From: Octopus vulgaris
Lineage: Eukaryota
Direction: 5' to 3'
Length of the DNA stretch: 64,000 nucleotides
Assembly: GCA_951406725.2 (NCBI GenBank)
Contig: OX597823.1
Location: 42,966,001-43,030,000 of the forward strand
The number at the start of each line of letters is the position of its first letter. Positions within the stretch are counted from its first letter, which is position 1. Shown here in pieces: positions 41,591 to 56,738 of the stretch. A model generated the notes under the pieces. That model made no database searches, was not told the DNA's origin, and was given only the letters and a program-made list of their open reading frames with translations. The translations under genes were made by a program, and so were the position numbers.

Positions 41591-41629
41591 TGTGTGTGTG
41601 AGTGTGTATATTCTTTTATTTTTCAACTT

Positions 41630-41790
41630 GTGTTGATTTTACTGTGGCCATGCTGGGAAAGCCTTAAAGGCTCTTAATTGAAGAAATCGGCCACAGGACT
41701 TATTCCTTGTAAGTCTGTCGGTCGCTTTTGCCGAACCGCTAGCTTATTGAGACATAAACACACTAGCGTCGGTTGCCAATCGATGGTGGA
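41630..41790 (-). mobile_element. Family D SINE 3' fragment
   Basis: actgtggccatgctgg...tttgccgaaccgcta. Confidence 0.65.
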
Positions 41791-41887
41791 GGGGGGAACA
41801 CACACATGCACTCGCGCACTCACAACCACACACCCACAAATATATATGTACATATATATATATATATATATATATCTTCGTTATAAG

Positions 41888-41932
<45 letters not shown>

Positions 41933-41938
<6 letters not shown>

Positions 41939-42842
41939 TAATAAATAAAATATATGCATACATACAAACATATATGTACGTACCGACATCTACATGTATA
42001 TATACATGCATATATAAATATATATACGTACAGGACACCACAAGAAGACGTAAAAATCAACAGAAACGAAAACGGAAAAGCCATTTTGTTACAACAGAAG
42101 AACAGAGACGTGGAACAAGACGAAACGAAAACGGGAAAAACAGTTATGTACAGCAGAAAAACGAAGTAGAGGACATGCTGCACAAGGAAAAATCCCCTTC
42201 ATCAGCTGTCGCTAGCAGACATAGCGTATTTCGAAGGCAAGACAGGACACGTCTGTGCATATAAGGCCTTCCTACGAGAGAATTAAAATAAAATAACCTC
42301 GTAGAGGGGTAAAACGAGCAAGAAAACAATGTAACACAAAGAACTGCCCAAAAAAATACAAGAAAAAAATACAAAATTAAAGATACATGTACAAGAAAAT
42401 ACAAAACGAGAATTAAATTACAATACGAGAAATCAAAATAAACAAGAGAACAAACGAAAAAGACGAACGAAGGCCTTTGTTCTGGCGGGGACGAGAAGGT
42501 AACTGGCGAGGCTGGGAAACATGACCTTACGGCCTGAAGGCAACAGGCGAAAGAATTATCAGTGACGAAAGTGGGGAGGAGTGGGAGAGAGAGAGAGAGA
42601 CAGAAAGAGGAAGACACGTGGCTAGAGAGAAGGGTGAGGCAGAGAGAGAAAAGGAGGGAGAAAGAGAGAGGGGAAGGCAAAGCAAGGGGAGAGAATTTCG
42701 CATCATTATAGTAAACTGTAAAACAAACTGGGATGAAAGAGACGGAACGAAGTGAGAATTCGAAAAATCGAAAATTCAAACGAACCCGACGCGAAGCGCT
42801 GTCAGACAATAGTGTAATAAATAAAATATATGCATACATACA
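41933..42842. mobile_element. Unclassified ~0.85-kb insertion with 34-bp direct repeats (possible Penelope-like remnant)
   Basis: atagtgtaataaataaaatatatgcatacataca at 41933-41966 and 42809-42842. Confidence 0.6.
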
Positions 42843-43732
42843 CACACACTAGCGATGCATTCTGGCGTTGCCTATATTGTATTACATATATTGTATTATT
42901 TGTTCCTTTCTTATGGGCAGAATCAGCACAAGTGATATATAGTGAACTGGATTACTGGCGTAATGAAAGTAATTGTTTGTTTGAAATGAATTGGTGGGGG
43001 GATACAGTTTGCATGGGTTTGCAAGAAACTACCTTCTGTTCTTAAGAATGATCACAAACTATGTATTGTTTTATCATATAGAAAGGGGTAAATATGATTT
43101 TCACAGAAATCACGTTTTCAAAATATTAGTTCCACCCCCGTTCCCACCACAATTTCTCAATTTGTAGAAATACATATTTTGTTAAAGTTTAATTTTTCTT
43201 AAAGAAATACTAATGCTCCTTCCCCCGCCTCGTCCACCCATGATCTACCCGCTTTCAGAATGCTAAAACACCTGATATTTCACGCATGCGTAGAATTGTA
43301 CTCAAATAGCAGACGTGAAAAATAGTAGAGCACCACCGGAAAACGTAATATGCTAGAAACAACAGGTAAACGACATTATTTCTGAAGAAATTCCCTGCTT
43401 TCCAAAGAGCTAAAAGTGACACATTTTGAGTTTATAGCATTTTGAATGTGGTGAGGTGATAGGCGGGTGTTTAAGAAAAGATAAAGAAACTTCTTTAAGA
43501 TTCGAAAAAAAATCGAAAAGGTAAAAGAATGAAGAAATTGGGACGGGGAGGAAGGAAATTAAGATATTGAGAACGTGCTTTTTAGGCGATATCTTAGAGA
43601 GGGAGATATATATGATACATATACGTATTTATATATGTATATGTATGCACGCACACACGCACATATACATACATGCATACATACATACATACATACATAC
43701 ATACATACATACATACATACATACATAATACA

Positions 43733-43798
<66 letters not shown>

Positions 43799-44569
43799 CG
43801 CCCGTATACCTTATGTAGGGATAATGTTGTAAGCTCTGTAATATATTGCTATATCCAGTTAAATTAATTTAATATGTAACCGAATGTTTGCGAGTATTCT
43901 GAATGAACTGAAATGTTATGCTATGTTAATATTCTATCATTTCTTATTATACATTAATAGTAACTTCTACATTTCGACATATACATAAAATTATAATACA
44001 TTATCTGAATAAATTCAAAGCTATGCGTATTCCTTTTTGCATGCGTATATAAACAGTTTTGAATTTTCAACAGGTTTTGTTAATCTTATTTCCTGCAATG
44101 CATTAATAGACCATATATATATGTTGGTTGGTTGGTTGCTCGGTCGTTTGTTTGGCTGGCTGTTTGGCTTGGCTAATTGGTCGATTTTCTTCACATTACG
44201 CTTTACATCGAACAGATTGGATGAGAAGAGTAATGAGAGATAAGGAGCGCGCTGAATTAATGCAAAGACTAGATTTGAGGCAGGCAATGAGTAAAGGATC
44301 GCTATTTTACACTGAGAGGGGAAAGAAACTTAGAAAAAGAGAAGACAAGAGTAAATCACAAACTAATTATGGGAGGAGCTATACTAATGAGAATTTTGTT
44401 TTAATTAATTTTAAGGTAATAAATATTTTTCTTTTGAAAATTTGCTTTCATTTCACCATTTCACTAAGAAATTTGATAAAAATTAAACTGTAATCATTGT
44501 GTATATGCCATATTTCTTCATACACGCATCGTGGCTCTTTAGATAGTTGCGTTTACGGCAGTTAAATGC

Positions 44570-44730
44570 GCAGGCTTAACTGTGTGATTAAGAAGTTCGC
44601 TTTGCAAACACGTGGTTTCAGATTCAGCGACACTGCACGGCAACTTCTGTAAGGATCATCAACTATAGTTTCGGACCGACTAATGCCTTGTGAGTGAATT
44701 TGGTTGAAAGAAACTGTGTGGAAAGCCGAT
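44570..44730 (+). mobile_element. Family D-like SINE 5' fragment
   Basis: gcgcaggcttaactgtgtgattaagaagttc...gccttgtgagtgaatttggt. Confidence 0.65.
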
Positions 44731-44929
44731 GTAGATATACATACATTATACCTCTATATATACATATATATGTATGTATATAATTAAGGGTTTAGCAAAA
44801 AGTTGCTTCACCACATATCGAAAATTTAGAAATAGCAGTCAAGACCGACTAATTCTTTTAACTACAAATATAACTCCACATAGGCAAAAAGAAGAAAAAA
44901 TAACGAAAACAACCAGTCATTCGATTAAG

Positions 44930-44983
44930 CATGTACGCGTTTCAGGATTAGAATTGTAAAATTCATTTCCACTCATCAGCATG
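44930..44983 (-). ncRNA. Minimal type I hammerhead ribozyme within a Penelope-like remnant (about 44785-45290)
   Basis: Minus strand catg-CTGATGA-gtgga..gaatt(ttac)aattc..tcct-GAAA-cgcg-TA-catg. Canonical core with a palindromic CGCG loop III. Confidence 0.72.
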
Positions 44984-45324
44984 ATATTTCAAGATTATAA
45001 TTTGTAAATACTAAACCTACACTTTGCATCTTCGATCAAGCGACCTCGACATATAACATAAGATAACCAACATTTCCGAATATATATAGACGAGTAATTT
45101 CGCATCCTTCCATTCAGATTTATCATGTGTTTCACAAGATAGTACCGCAGAAAAAAACTGCAGTTTGCTATGAGGGAGTGAAAATTATCATTATAGATAT
45201 AGGATAAAAAATTATTAATTTAATAATCAACAAATTTTACCAAGTAAATTCGGTATGGAAAAAAACCCACTATCGGTAAAAACTTATATAAAAAGTTATT
45301 TTATAATTATAAATATAAATATAA

Positions 45325-45359
<35 letters not shown>

Positions 45360-47149
45360 TGTATGTATGTATGTATGTATGTATGTATGTATGTATGAGC
45401 GCACGCGCATGCCTGTGTGCACCTTTGATGTTGTGTTTGTCCCTCACCGCTTCACAACCTGTGTTGGTTTGTTTACGTCAAGGTGGTGTTCTAGCATGGC
45501 CGCACTTCACTGACTGAATCAAGTAAAAACAATTAAGGATAAGTTATAGAGATAAAAGATTATCCACGGTGGCTAATATATATTTCCAAATTTATCCGTC
45601 ATATGAAAGGTAACACTAGTTTTTATTATAATCTATATCATTAATTTCTAATAAATCTCATTATTAGTTCTCTTATAATTACTCCAAACTCTTAACCGTT
45701 AAAACATTTCTACATTATATGTCAATAACCACTAAATGATATCACATTAATGAACCAAACTTGTTTATTAATATCGATCACATAAATATTTAAACTATTT
45801 TAACCAATAATGACATCAATAGATTGAAATGGAAATACATAATAGCTGTAAACAAAAAATTACCTCATCTTTTATATATCCAATGTTAATTAATAGCAAT
45901 TAACTGTCATCATTAAAAATAAATAGTAATGTTTGATTGATCTTGATTCTCAACGTATACATGCAGTTACATGGAAATATACATATGACCTATTGAAAAT
46001 ACTATGATGTATCGGATCTAAAACAGTTTCTAACCTCACTTATGTATCTATCAAATTTTATATACTTTCAAAGTTTACAACTATTTTATTTATGGTTACA
46101 TCATTTCTTAATTTGCATGTGTATAGACTGATATATCAAATGCACATTGTATTCGTATAAAAGCATTATTGTAATAACTGCAATCACAGTAAAAATAATG
46201 CACGTTTTATTTCGTAGATTTGATTATACAATTTGTGGAGATATTTCATCCTTGTTTACATATTCTCATCATAAATATTTATCATTCAGAAAGTATTCTC
46301 TTAAAATCGTTTTCTTTTATTCTTTACAAGTCTTAGTATATTTTTTTGTTTATTTGCTTTCTGGATTATATCACTGTCTTGTATAATTTTTTCTTTCATT
46401 TGTACAATTAGATCTCTTAACATTAATTCAAATAATTTTAGTAATTAGTTTTTTTTAATTATTTACTGTCACTTCGCTATTATATTACCCTTTGTTTAAA
46501 CATTGTGTATGTAAAAAGCTAACCCCTTTATGTCTCCTCCACATTGGTTGTGCTTTATAATATCTTATAATGATCTATGTATTTAAATGCAAAAATATAT
46601 TTTTTGTACTATTTTTAAACTGTTATTTTATATTGTTGTTTGTCCACTTAAGTTTCATACTGGTGATAATTTCTTTCACTAAATACTTAAATGATAAAAA
46701 ACACGATAGAAATCTAATATTTTGGCGAGTAACCACCCCTGTGATATAAATATATGCTAATCCAAAATCCTGATTGTCTTCATCTTCTTCGCAAGTACTC
46801 TAAATTTGGAACCATAAAGCAGAAATCATTTTATATAATTTTTCTTTTGGATGGTACTGTATGTATACATTTAGATTTAGTACTTTTTGAGATTGTTTGC
46901 TTATTCCAAAACCTCCATGTGACATTTTTATTTTCAGAAATTTCGGTAATTTCTGTGTAATGACAAACTGGACAAGCTAACAGCGGTGGAAAGACGTGAA
47001 AAGCGAAATCCTCAGAATTTAGATTTTGTGATCAGGTACGTATGCGTAAGAATACGTATTGAGTGATAGGCGAAATGAGCCTATTTTTTATATTCATCTA
47101 TTTTTTATACTCATCTATTTTTTATATTCATTTTCAATGGAGATGACTC

Positions 47150-47760
47150 TGAGATGTGTAACTACAATAAATAACAAAGGAAATATATGTATATAAAACC
47201 AAATTAATGCTGTTCTTTAAAAAGCAATAATTATAACAGAGTGTGAGCTAAATGATTAGACACTAAAAGTAATATGTACGGGATGTAATTAGTAAGAGAT
47301 AGGAAATGTGAAGGCGAAGTCAAATTGTTATTGAGAATACAAGGTATTCATTTCGGAAAGTAAGTGGAAAATATATTAACCTCATTAGATATTAATAAGG
47401 AGGCCAGAATTAGGTTATGAAAAATTGTATATGGTCGTCTAATATATGAATTTCAAAATGGAAATTAATCAAAGTATTATCAGATAGATTAAAAGTCTTT
47501 CAGATGTGGGTAGTGGGACGATATTTAGAATATCCTGCACAAATCACATTGAGAAATATTAACGACAAATTAAGACAATTTTATTAGATATTGTGAAAGA
47601 GAAATAAACTAAAATAGTTTTGACTCATAATTAGAAAATATCAGGCAAGATGAACAGCAAGAGAGGAAATGAAACGAAGAATTACATGGATGTACATTAT
47701 GATGAATTGAATAAATATGAAATATAATGGAATGTATAAGTCCAGCACAAGACGTATTCT
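47150..47760 (+). mobile_element. Highly decayed RTE-clade LINE 3' fragment
   Basis: RLKVFQMW..IFRISCTNHI resembles RTE RIxAFEMWxxRRMLRISW. Confidence 0.55.
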
Positions 47761-49659
47761 AATTACTATACTTATTAGAGGAACTGACGATGATGTAGTG
47801 TCTATGAAGACACTTATTTAGTTATCACCGTTACATCTACAGGATGTGTTGATCTACTGAAAGAAAGCACCACCATGATTCTTTTCGAAAATAACTATGT
47901 CCACCCTGAATATTTTAAAAGATACCATCTACTTGCAGATTCACAGTACGAAACTATAACATGTTTATTTCGAGGACTGAAAGAGCTGGTTGACAATAAT
48001 ATGAAAACCTACAAGTTAACGGCTTTAATGATGTGACTTATCAAGATTGATGTTTAATACTGAAAGATTGATGTTTAATACGATGCATGTGAATATGAAA
48101 TTGTTCTGAAATCAGATTTGAGATTTTTATTCGAATATTGCATCTTTTTTTTTTTTTTGTCAATTGCGAGCTAAATTAGGATTATTCCAATATCGCAATT
48201 GTCTTTAGCATTAAACACTTAGAAACATGTTACAAATGATTTACAAATGTTCTGCCTCTGTAGACTACTGCTAGCATGTCTGTACATTATGTAACAGAAA
48301 TGGTTTAAATCATCCACAGTCATTGCCGACAACAACCTTCATTCGGTGAGCACAAGAAAACAGTTGAAAAGAAATACTGAAACAAAATCGAGGCCTTGCT
48401 TTTAACAACTTAAATAGATGCCACACGGACTACTAATCAATATGAAATAGTTTTTATGTTTACAGTCTGTGAGAAAGCTTCTGGGAAAACTTACTTCAAG
48501 CAAATATTTATTATCTGGAATAGGTTTTGGGCCAATCAGTTCTCAATATTGCATCCACAGGAAGGATTGCTCTGCAATAGAAGTTTTGCACATGATGCAA
48601 CTTTGTACATTCTAATTTCCATTGGCATTCTTATTTCTGTTTGCAGTAATTAAATCAACAACTAACAGCCAAAAAAAAAAAAGAATTAGTATAAAATATG
48701 CCACAGTTTTGAAATGTGAACGAAGCTAACGCTTTCTGAGATTTTGGTCTTTTCCAAAATGAATTATGCTTTAGTAATCATTCTCAGTAATTTTCAACCA
48801 ACATTTCTATTTTTAAAGATACTGACAGATCTACTACCACCACCATATTTAGGGTCAATTCTTTATTTCAGAAAAGTATGACGAAAAGCAAATTTACTCT
48901 AAATATCTGAATAGAGAATGAAGAAGTGTATTTTATTGAACAGCTAGCTATTTGCTTATAGGAATTTCATAACTGTCTATCTAGTGATTTATCTATAGCT
49001 CTGTCTCTCTAACCGTTACTCTATCTCTTTTCCCCGGAATATTTCTATTGCTTTATTTCTCAATCAACTTCGATACTAAATTAATAGCATGACATGATGA
49101 TTTTCCTAATATAAAATCAAACTAACGATTCCTTCTGTTTGCTACTGCAGGCCGTTCTTTTCGCCTTTCATTAAAACTTATCAATTATGTTATACCATTT
49201 CGGAATGATGGGAATATGACGCGTATAAAATGATCAGAATGCATAAGTGTTCAACAGAACTCAACGCATACGAAACACCAACATATAATTCCCAATAAGC
49301 ATACACATTACACGCACATATATATACACACACAGTCAAAATGTATTTCCGTGTTTATCAATCTAGGCATTTATTTAATGTGATTAGACAATGACTAATG
49401 AGTGGACTAATTACCTTTTCTTGTAGCCGATCACCATAACAGCCATGAATCTTTAATTCTGTTATGATTCTTGAATTCTTCATTCTAATTATTTAATCAG
49501 ACAGATTGAAGTTATGTATTTTCGTCTTTTCAGCCTTGTCTCCCTCTTTGTCTCAAAATCGTTTAACTTGATTTATTTGACCCCATCATGGACACTCAAG
49601 CAAAAGGAATGCACACACATCCTTGCACATAGATAAAAACACACATTGTTTTCAATTCA

Positions 49660-50060
49660 ATTTTTATTGGCTCAAAAAGCAAAAGCAAGGCTATGTAGGG
49701 GGACAGGGAATTATGTACAGGGAGGGTGGTCATACAAAGAGTTCAGGCCATTTCTGGTCAAGAGAGACTTTGAACCGAGCGGTCGTCGGCATCTTCACTA
49801 TCTTGTCCGGCTGCTTATTCCACGGATCCGTAACCCGGACGGAGAAAGCCTCTCTCCTACGATTGAGATAAAATCGTCGTAGACAGTGCTTTTCGGAGTG
49901 ACCCCGCAGCCCACGCTCTGGAGCAGGAGTGAAGAACAGCTTCGAGAGGTTACACTTTCGAGAGGTTACACTTTCCGCTTATGATGTTGTGAGCGAGAAT
50001 GAGATCACTACGGCGTCGTCGTTTTTCGAGAGAATAAAGGTCGAGCGTCTTCAGCCTTTC
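49660..50060 (-). mobile_element. CR1-clade LINE 3' fragment
   Basis: DLILAHNII..LRGHSE..RRREAFSVRVTDPWNK..FKVSLD is a typical CR1 ORF2 C-terminus. AATAAA follows. Confidence 0.8.
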
Positions 50061-50124
50061 ACATATATAATAAACCAAACATAGACACACACAAACACAC
50101 ACGAGCATACATAAATAAGTAATA

Positions 50125-50372
50125 AATGCGCCCTTTTAGAGCCTAGCCAGGCTCATGGGTTCGGTTCCCCGGTTTCATTGGCGTATGTGTTCCCCAGCTG
50201 GACGGGACGCCAGTCCGTCGCAGCGTTACTCATTTTTGTCAGCTGAGTGGACTGGAGCAACGTGAAATGAAGTGCTTTGCTCAAGCTTAGAACGCGTCAC
50301 CCGGTCCAGGAATCGAAACCACAATCTTACGATCATGATGTTGACACCCTAACCACTAAGCCACGCGCCTCC
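50125..50372 (-). mobile_element. tRNA-derived SINE related to family C
   Basis: Minus-strand head ggaggcgcgtggcttagtggttagggtgtc...gtttcgattcctggaccgg. Confidence 0.8.
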
Positions 50373-50435
50373 AAACAAGCATACATATACACACATATTT
50401 ATTCATATATATAAATGAGCACATAGGTATACTTG

Positions 50436-50476
<41 letters not shown>

Positions 50477-50763
50477 GTTCATACATACTTAGTAAAACAG
50501 GTGCACACGCACACACTCATACACACACATATATATGTATTTATGCATACAGCTAGACACACATGGCCTGTCTGTCTCCAAATCATTACCTTGATTTTCT
50601 TACCTTAATTATAGTCACAAGCATACAATACACACAAGCATCATTCACCACCCTGCACCATTGTCACTCTGTCCTCTCTCCTTCACCTTCCTCTCCCTAT
50701 CTTTCTTTGTCTGTCTGTCTGCATCACTCTATCTTTCCCTCCCTCTCTCTCTAAATATGTATA

Positions 50764-50834
<71 letters not shown>

Positions 50835-51464
50835 TATTTAAACTTCCGCATCGCTATCTATCTCAGCTTCTTTCACTTCTTTCTCTGAGCAATTCTTCTG
50901 ACAGCTTTCTCTACAATATATCAAAAGTTGTTGACTCCAATCAATATATGCTTCCGTTTAATCAAGCTAGGGTTTTTCAAAGCAATATTTACTGCAACAA
51001 AGTCTGAAGTGGTTTTGCATGGCAGAGTGCCGCGCAAAAGTCGTAATTGAATCAAGGAAAATGTTTAGGAAAGTTTGCTAAATTTCAGTGGCAATTACTT
51101 TACTGGCTTTTTCATTCATTTAAAGCAAATGTTATATTTATTTCTATTCGTGTAATAAAATTTTTACTATGAATATTAAGAGTTTATTTGTAATGTCTCA
51201 GAACAAAATATTTGGTTAGCAATCTATTAGAATATGCGTGGATTGTGTATATGAACTATACATATACACAAACCTATACACACACAAACACATACATGTA
51301 TACGCACATATGCATATATATGTGCATATATAGATAAATAGATAGATATATAGACAGACAGATAGATAGATATTGATATAGATTCATACAAATACATATA
51401 CATATAAAGCACAAACATATATAGACACATTCTTATATTGTTATATCGTCTTATATATACATAC

Positions 51465-51553
<89 letters not shown>

Positions 51554-51624
51554 TAAATATATATATATATACATATATGTATACATACATATATGTTAAT
51601 ATATACATATAATACATATAGATT

Positions 51625-52010
51625 ATTGCAGCGTTGTTGTGTGGTAAGAAGCATGCGTCCCAACCACATGGTTCCGCGTTCAGTTCCACTGCGAGGCAGT
51701 TTGGGCATGTGTCTTCTACTATTGACTCGGGTAGAGCAAAACCTTGGGAGTGGATTTGGTAGACGGAAAATGAAAGAAAACCGTCGTATATATGTATATA
51801 TTTGTGCGTGTGTACGTCTTTGCTTGTCCCGACACCATCGCTTGACAACCAATGCTGGTGTGCTTACGTTTCCATAATCTAGCGGTTCGGCAAAATCACC
51901 CGATAGAATAAGTACTAGAGTTACTAAGAACAAGTTCTGAGGTCAATTTGTTCGACTAAAAGCGGTGCTCTACTATAGCCGCAATCAAGTGACTGAAACA
52001 AGTAAAGGAA
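51625..52010 (+). mobile_element. Family D SINE
   Basis: Diverged copy of 20410-20790. Confidence 0.8.
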
Positions 52011-52014
52011 TAAA

Positions 52015-52075
<61 letters not shown>

Positions 52076-52784
52076 ATATATTATATCATATATCTATATA
52101 TGTGTGTGTATATATATGCATACATAAACAAATACATACATACATAGATACATACATACATATATGCATATACACTGCACACATATGATGGCAATATATG
52201 AACGGCTAGTATGTATAATTTTAACTTGAAAGAGTATTTACAATGAATCTCGAGGATAAAAGAAATTATGATAAAGGTTATGACATCGATGAATCCATAT
52301 ACCTGTTTGTTTATTGAGGATGACATATCGATTTACACCGATTAAAAAGTATGTGTACGTGCTTATAGATACAAAGACACGTATACATACAAGCAAATAT
52401 ATAACCTCTTCTGTGTGTATGTATTAGTGAGTTTGTACATTGATAGGTTAGTAGATAAATATTTGTTCTTTGTTATTTATATATTTATAGTTTGGTACAG
52501 AACGGCTTCCTTAAACATATTCTATCTCACAATGATTCCTAACAACGTTGCTATATACCTTAGTCTCTCTGTCTCTCTATCTCTCTATGTATCTATCTAT
52601 CTTTCATTTTACCTATATATCATGCTCTCTCTGTCTCTCTCTCTCTTTCCACTCACACAAATACATATTTACATATATGCATATGTATATATATATGTAT
52701 ATATATATATATATATATATACATAATTATACATATATAAAGACATAACGATAGACTCATACATATACACATTAATGCACACAC

Positions 52785-52815
<31 letters not shown>

Positions 52816-53246
52816 CTGGTACAGAGAGACAAAGAGATGCATTTCACATAATCATTATTATATGGTTTCTTTATGAAAAGTAAATTTTATTCACGCGTCA
52901 AAATCTCTTTAAATCGCGGTTCTTTGATATTCAACATAGAAATTGTGATAGGAACAGTGATGTGATTCAAAATAATATTAATGACTCTGGTTCGATGAGA
53001 AAATTTGAAGTTCTGCAAGTGGTTGTAGCGAGAGTGGTGATGATCATGTGCTGGGGTGAGGATATGGAAGAGGACGATACAGTGCGTATCGAACAACATT
53101 ATCAATGTCATCAGTATCATCAAATGAAAATTACAATGCATAAAACGTAACACGATGCGAGAGGCAGGTCACAGTTCTGATTCTGAAGACTTCATATATC
53201 GCGAAGTAACTCGCGCGTCTTCAGACATATCATCAATGAGAGAAAC

Positions 53247-53277
<31 letters not shown>

Positions 53278-53302
53278 AAGATATATATATATATATATAT
53301 AA

Positions 53303-53364
<62 letters not shown>

Positions 53365-53448
53365 TATATAAATACATATTTATATGCATATATACATATA
53401 TATGTACACATATATATATATACATATATATCTATATCTATATATATA

Positions 53449-53492
<44 letters not shown>

Positions 53493-53535
53493 TATATATA
53501 TATATATATAGATATATGCATACATATATATTTAT

Positions 53536-53592
<57 letters not shown>

Positions 53593-56545
53593 AGGCAAAT
53601 AAGAAATTGGGGAGGATTTAAAATCAACAAACAACAGCCAGTAAACATTCCATTGTATCTATTTATTAGATGGTAACAAACATGTGTTAAATAGTATGAG
53701 TAACCGAATGAGATCAGCCAATAAATACGTAAACAGATATTTATATATATATAGAAATGAATGAATAATACTAGATGAGCCCCTTCACGACTCCCGTGCA
53801 GATAATTACATGTTTTGATGTGTGTCTCTGATATAACGAAATAAAACGCTACTCGTATATCCATAGGTACTTCACGTAGCCCATCCATTAGTAAGGACGA
53901 ACTTGAATTTTCATGCCTTAAATATTCTTATATGTATGTGTACATATGTATTCTTATAGTTATCCGTATTATTATTTTATTTTTTATTTTAATCTTTTGT
54001 TTTACTGGTATTGTAATTTAAAGATAGCCCTAACGGACCTAAACAGCGCCATTGTTTTTAAATGTTAGCTGACCAATTAAGCTGCAGGATTGAATTTGAC
54101 CTCACTCCACTACGCATAGGGGTACTGGGATTAGGTTTCGGTCAATAAGTAACAAATATTAACATCGCTCTAAGGTTTCACCCAGTTTTTATCTCATTAA
54201 TTTACGCCTAACAGGTTCTATTTAAGGTATTTCTACCAACTCCTTTCATAATGCTATGTCTATTAAATAGCGACTAGCCTCTATCTTCTGACCCCTTGTA
54301 ACATGGAGCATACCATAGAAACAGCTTGACCTCTCGCTATCCAAGATCCCGATGAACCAATATCAAGGTACGAAACTCAAATGAGGGCAGCAGTATTAAA
54401 CTCCCTCATTCAGCAAAATCCAATCCCATAGGATTGACCAATTAAAAGGTGTTTATTCTGGCGGTGCCCCATCATGGCCACAACCTCAGAACTGAAACAT
54501 TTAAATGAATAAAAGGACTCTCTCCTGTTTCACCATGGTTCACTCTCTTTTTGTGTGTGCATATGTGTGTGTGTGTGTGTGTGTGAGTCTTTTACTCTTT
54601 TTTACTTTCTCTCTCTACACGATGTAAAGTTTTACTACATAAACGAACCGGTTAAGCAACCAACAGTTATCTCGGCTATTTTATAGAGAAACATTGCTGA
54701 CCAGACTATAAACAAAATCAGAAATTAAAATTACTCCCCGAAATTTCAGATCTTAAAAATACAATCAAGAACATTTTAAACTGCAGTTATTCAACATACC
54801 CACTACAGTTATGTGAGAAAAATCTCCACCCTATTGTAAGTATCTATTGAATATTTCTAGAAGACGCTTGGTTATATTAAAGACAAATTTTTATTCAATA
54901 TATGTAATCAGTTTGTGAGGTGAAATCCATTGGAACAACAAGAACACATTTGAATTTTACTAGGCTGTCGGATAAAGTGCATTAAAATCTCTATTATTTG
55001 GATGTAATCCAAAACCCGAATGCAATGCAAATGCACAGACTTTGTGCTATGAAGCCATTTAAGTATTAAATGGATACCTTTCAGTTTAGAACGATCCAAT
55101 ATACATTGTAAATATTATATAAAGTCACTCGTTGTAAGGATCAAAGAAACGTGTGGTAAAGTGAGTGCGAGATAACAGAGCCATACTAAATGTGTAAGTT
55201 TTTTACAAGCTTTATTTTAGATTCAGGCAACTTAGCCATTTCTTACACTCATACAAAACGTATATAAGAATAAGAAAGAAAACTATATTATACAAGAAGT
55301 TTGATTTTGAACTACTGAGAATTAAAAGAAGCTCTTTTCATGTTCTTTACAAGCGGCTCCATTAACAAAACCTAATGCAGAATTAAGTCAGCATTCTTTT
55401 TAATCCTTCGTAAGGTTGCTAACGATTATCTATAAATATGGACGTAGAATATATTAATGTTTGAGCAGAGATTCAGCCGTATGAAAGGGATATCAAACAT
55501 AAAATAAAATAATAATAATAATTTGATGAAAGAGTGAGGATCGTTTACAGATATTCTACTTCATAAATCAGTGTATTTTGGATATTTTGTAGTTTCTTGT
55601 TTGTTGCTTCAGATGAAAACTGATTATCATATTCTTAGCTTCGACAAACATATACAGAGGTGGCAGTGGTTTAGGTATTGATGATGATGATGATGATGAT
55701 GATGGTTGTGGTGATGGTGATGGTGATGGTGGTTGTGGTGGTTGTGGTAGTGGTGGTCTTAGTGGTGGTGTTGATGGTAGTGGTGGTGGTGGCGGTGGTA
55801 GTAGTGATGGTCTTGGTGGTGGTGGTCTTGGTGGTAGTGGTGGTGTGGCAGTGGTGAGGGTGGTGGTGGAGGCGGCGTTGGCGCTGGTGGTGGAGGTGGT
55901 GGTGATGGAGGGAGAGGTGTGAAGTGTAGAATGAGTGAACAAGGGAACTGGAACAGAGAATATCTTAAATTTCAACGTGTTGAATCCAGCTGTAAAAAAT
56001 TGAGGTACAAAACAATCCCCAAATCCCAAAATAAGAGAATTTATAATACAAAAGAAAAAAAGGTAGAGAGAGAGAGAGAAAGAGAGAAACAGTAGAATGG
56101 TGAAGCAGAAGGTGACAGAAAGAAAGAGAGAATGACACACAAACAAAGATATAGAAAAGGAGAAGAGAGATGAAACGAAAAGAAGGGAGCGGTTTTTTTT
56201 TCTTTTTTGATGTCTAATTTTGAAATTACAAAGTATCAAATATTCTATTAAATACAATCAACCACAACAGCAACAACTACAACAGCAACAACCCGAAACA
56301 GCATGGACTGAACGTGTGGATAACTGTTTCCCTATTTTAAATTAACCTTTCTTCTGACAGTAATTGGGGTTAATTAAGAATAGGGCCGAAATTGTAAGGC
56401 AACAAGCCACAGAAGAAAATTTATTTTTGATTATTGATTGTGGTCGCGCTAATGTTATTGCTCTTGTTGTTGGCATTGTTTGTTGTTTTCATTATTGTTG
56501 TTGTTGTTGTTGTTGTTACTATTGTTGTTGATGGTTGCTGTTGTG

Positions 56546-56599
<54 letters not shown>

Positions 56600-56670
56600 G
56601 TTACTATTGTTGTTGATAGTTGCTGTTGTGATCATCATCATCATCATCATCATCACAATCATCATCATCA

Positions 56671-56738
<68 letters not shown>

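Larger units (their letters stand above)
47800..55600 (+). pseudogene. Fragmented LRR-receptor (Toll-like) pseudogene; pieces at 47800-48650, 50900-51220 and 54640-55600
   Basis: LFRGLKEL, AFNNLN, LLNFSGNYF, LYLFL/SCNKI, MSQNKI, LRRCT-like LYYLDVIQNP/MQCKCTDFVL* (~54990-55050), and weak TIR-like traces (CLSRD, FINQC). Many stops and shifts. Confidence 0.4.

Noticed and set aside
55568-56257. Proline-rich 229-aa ORF
   Set aside because: Produced by (GGT)n and GA-rich low-complexity DNA.
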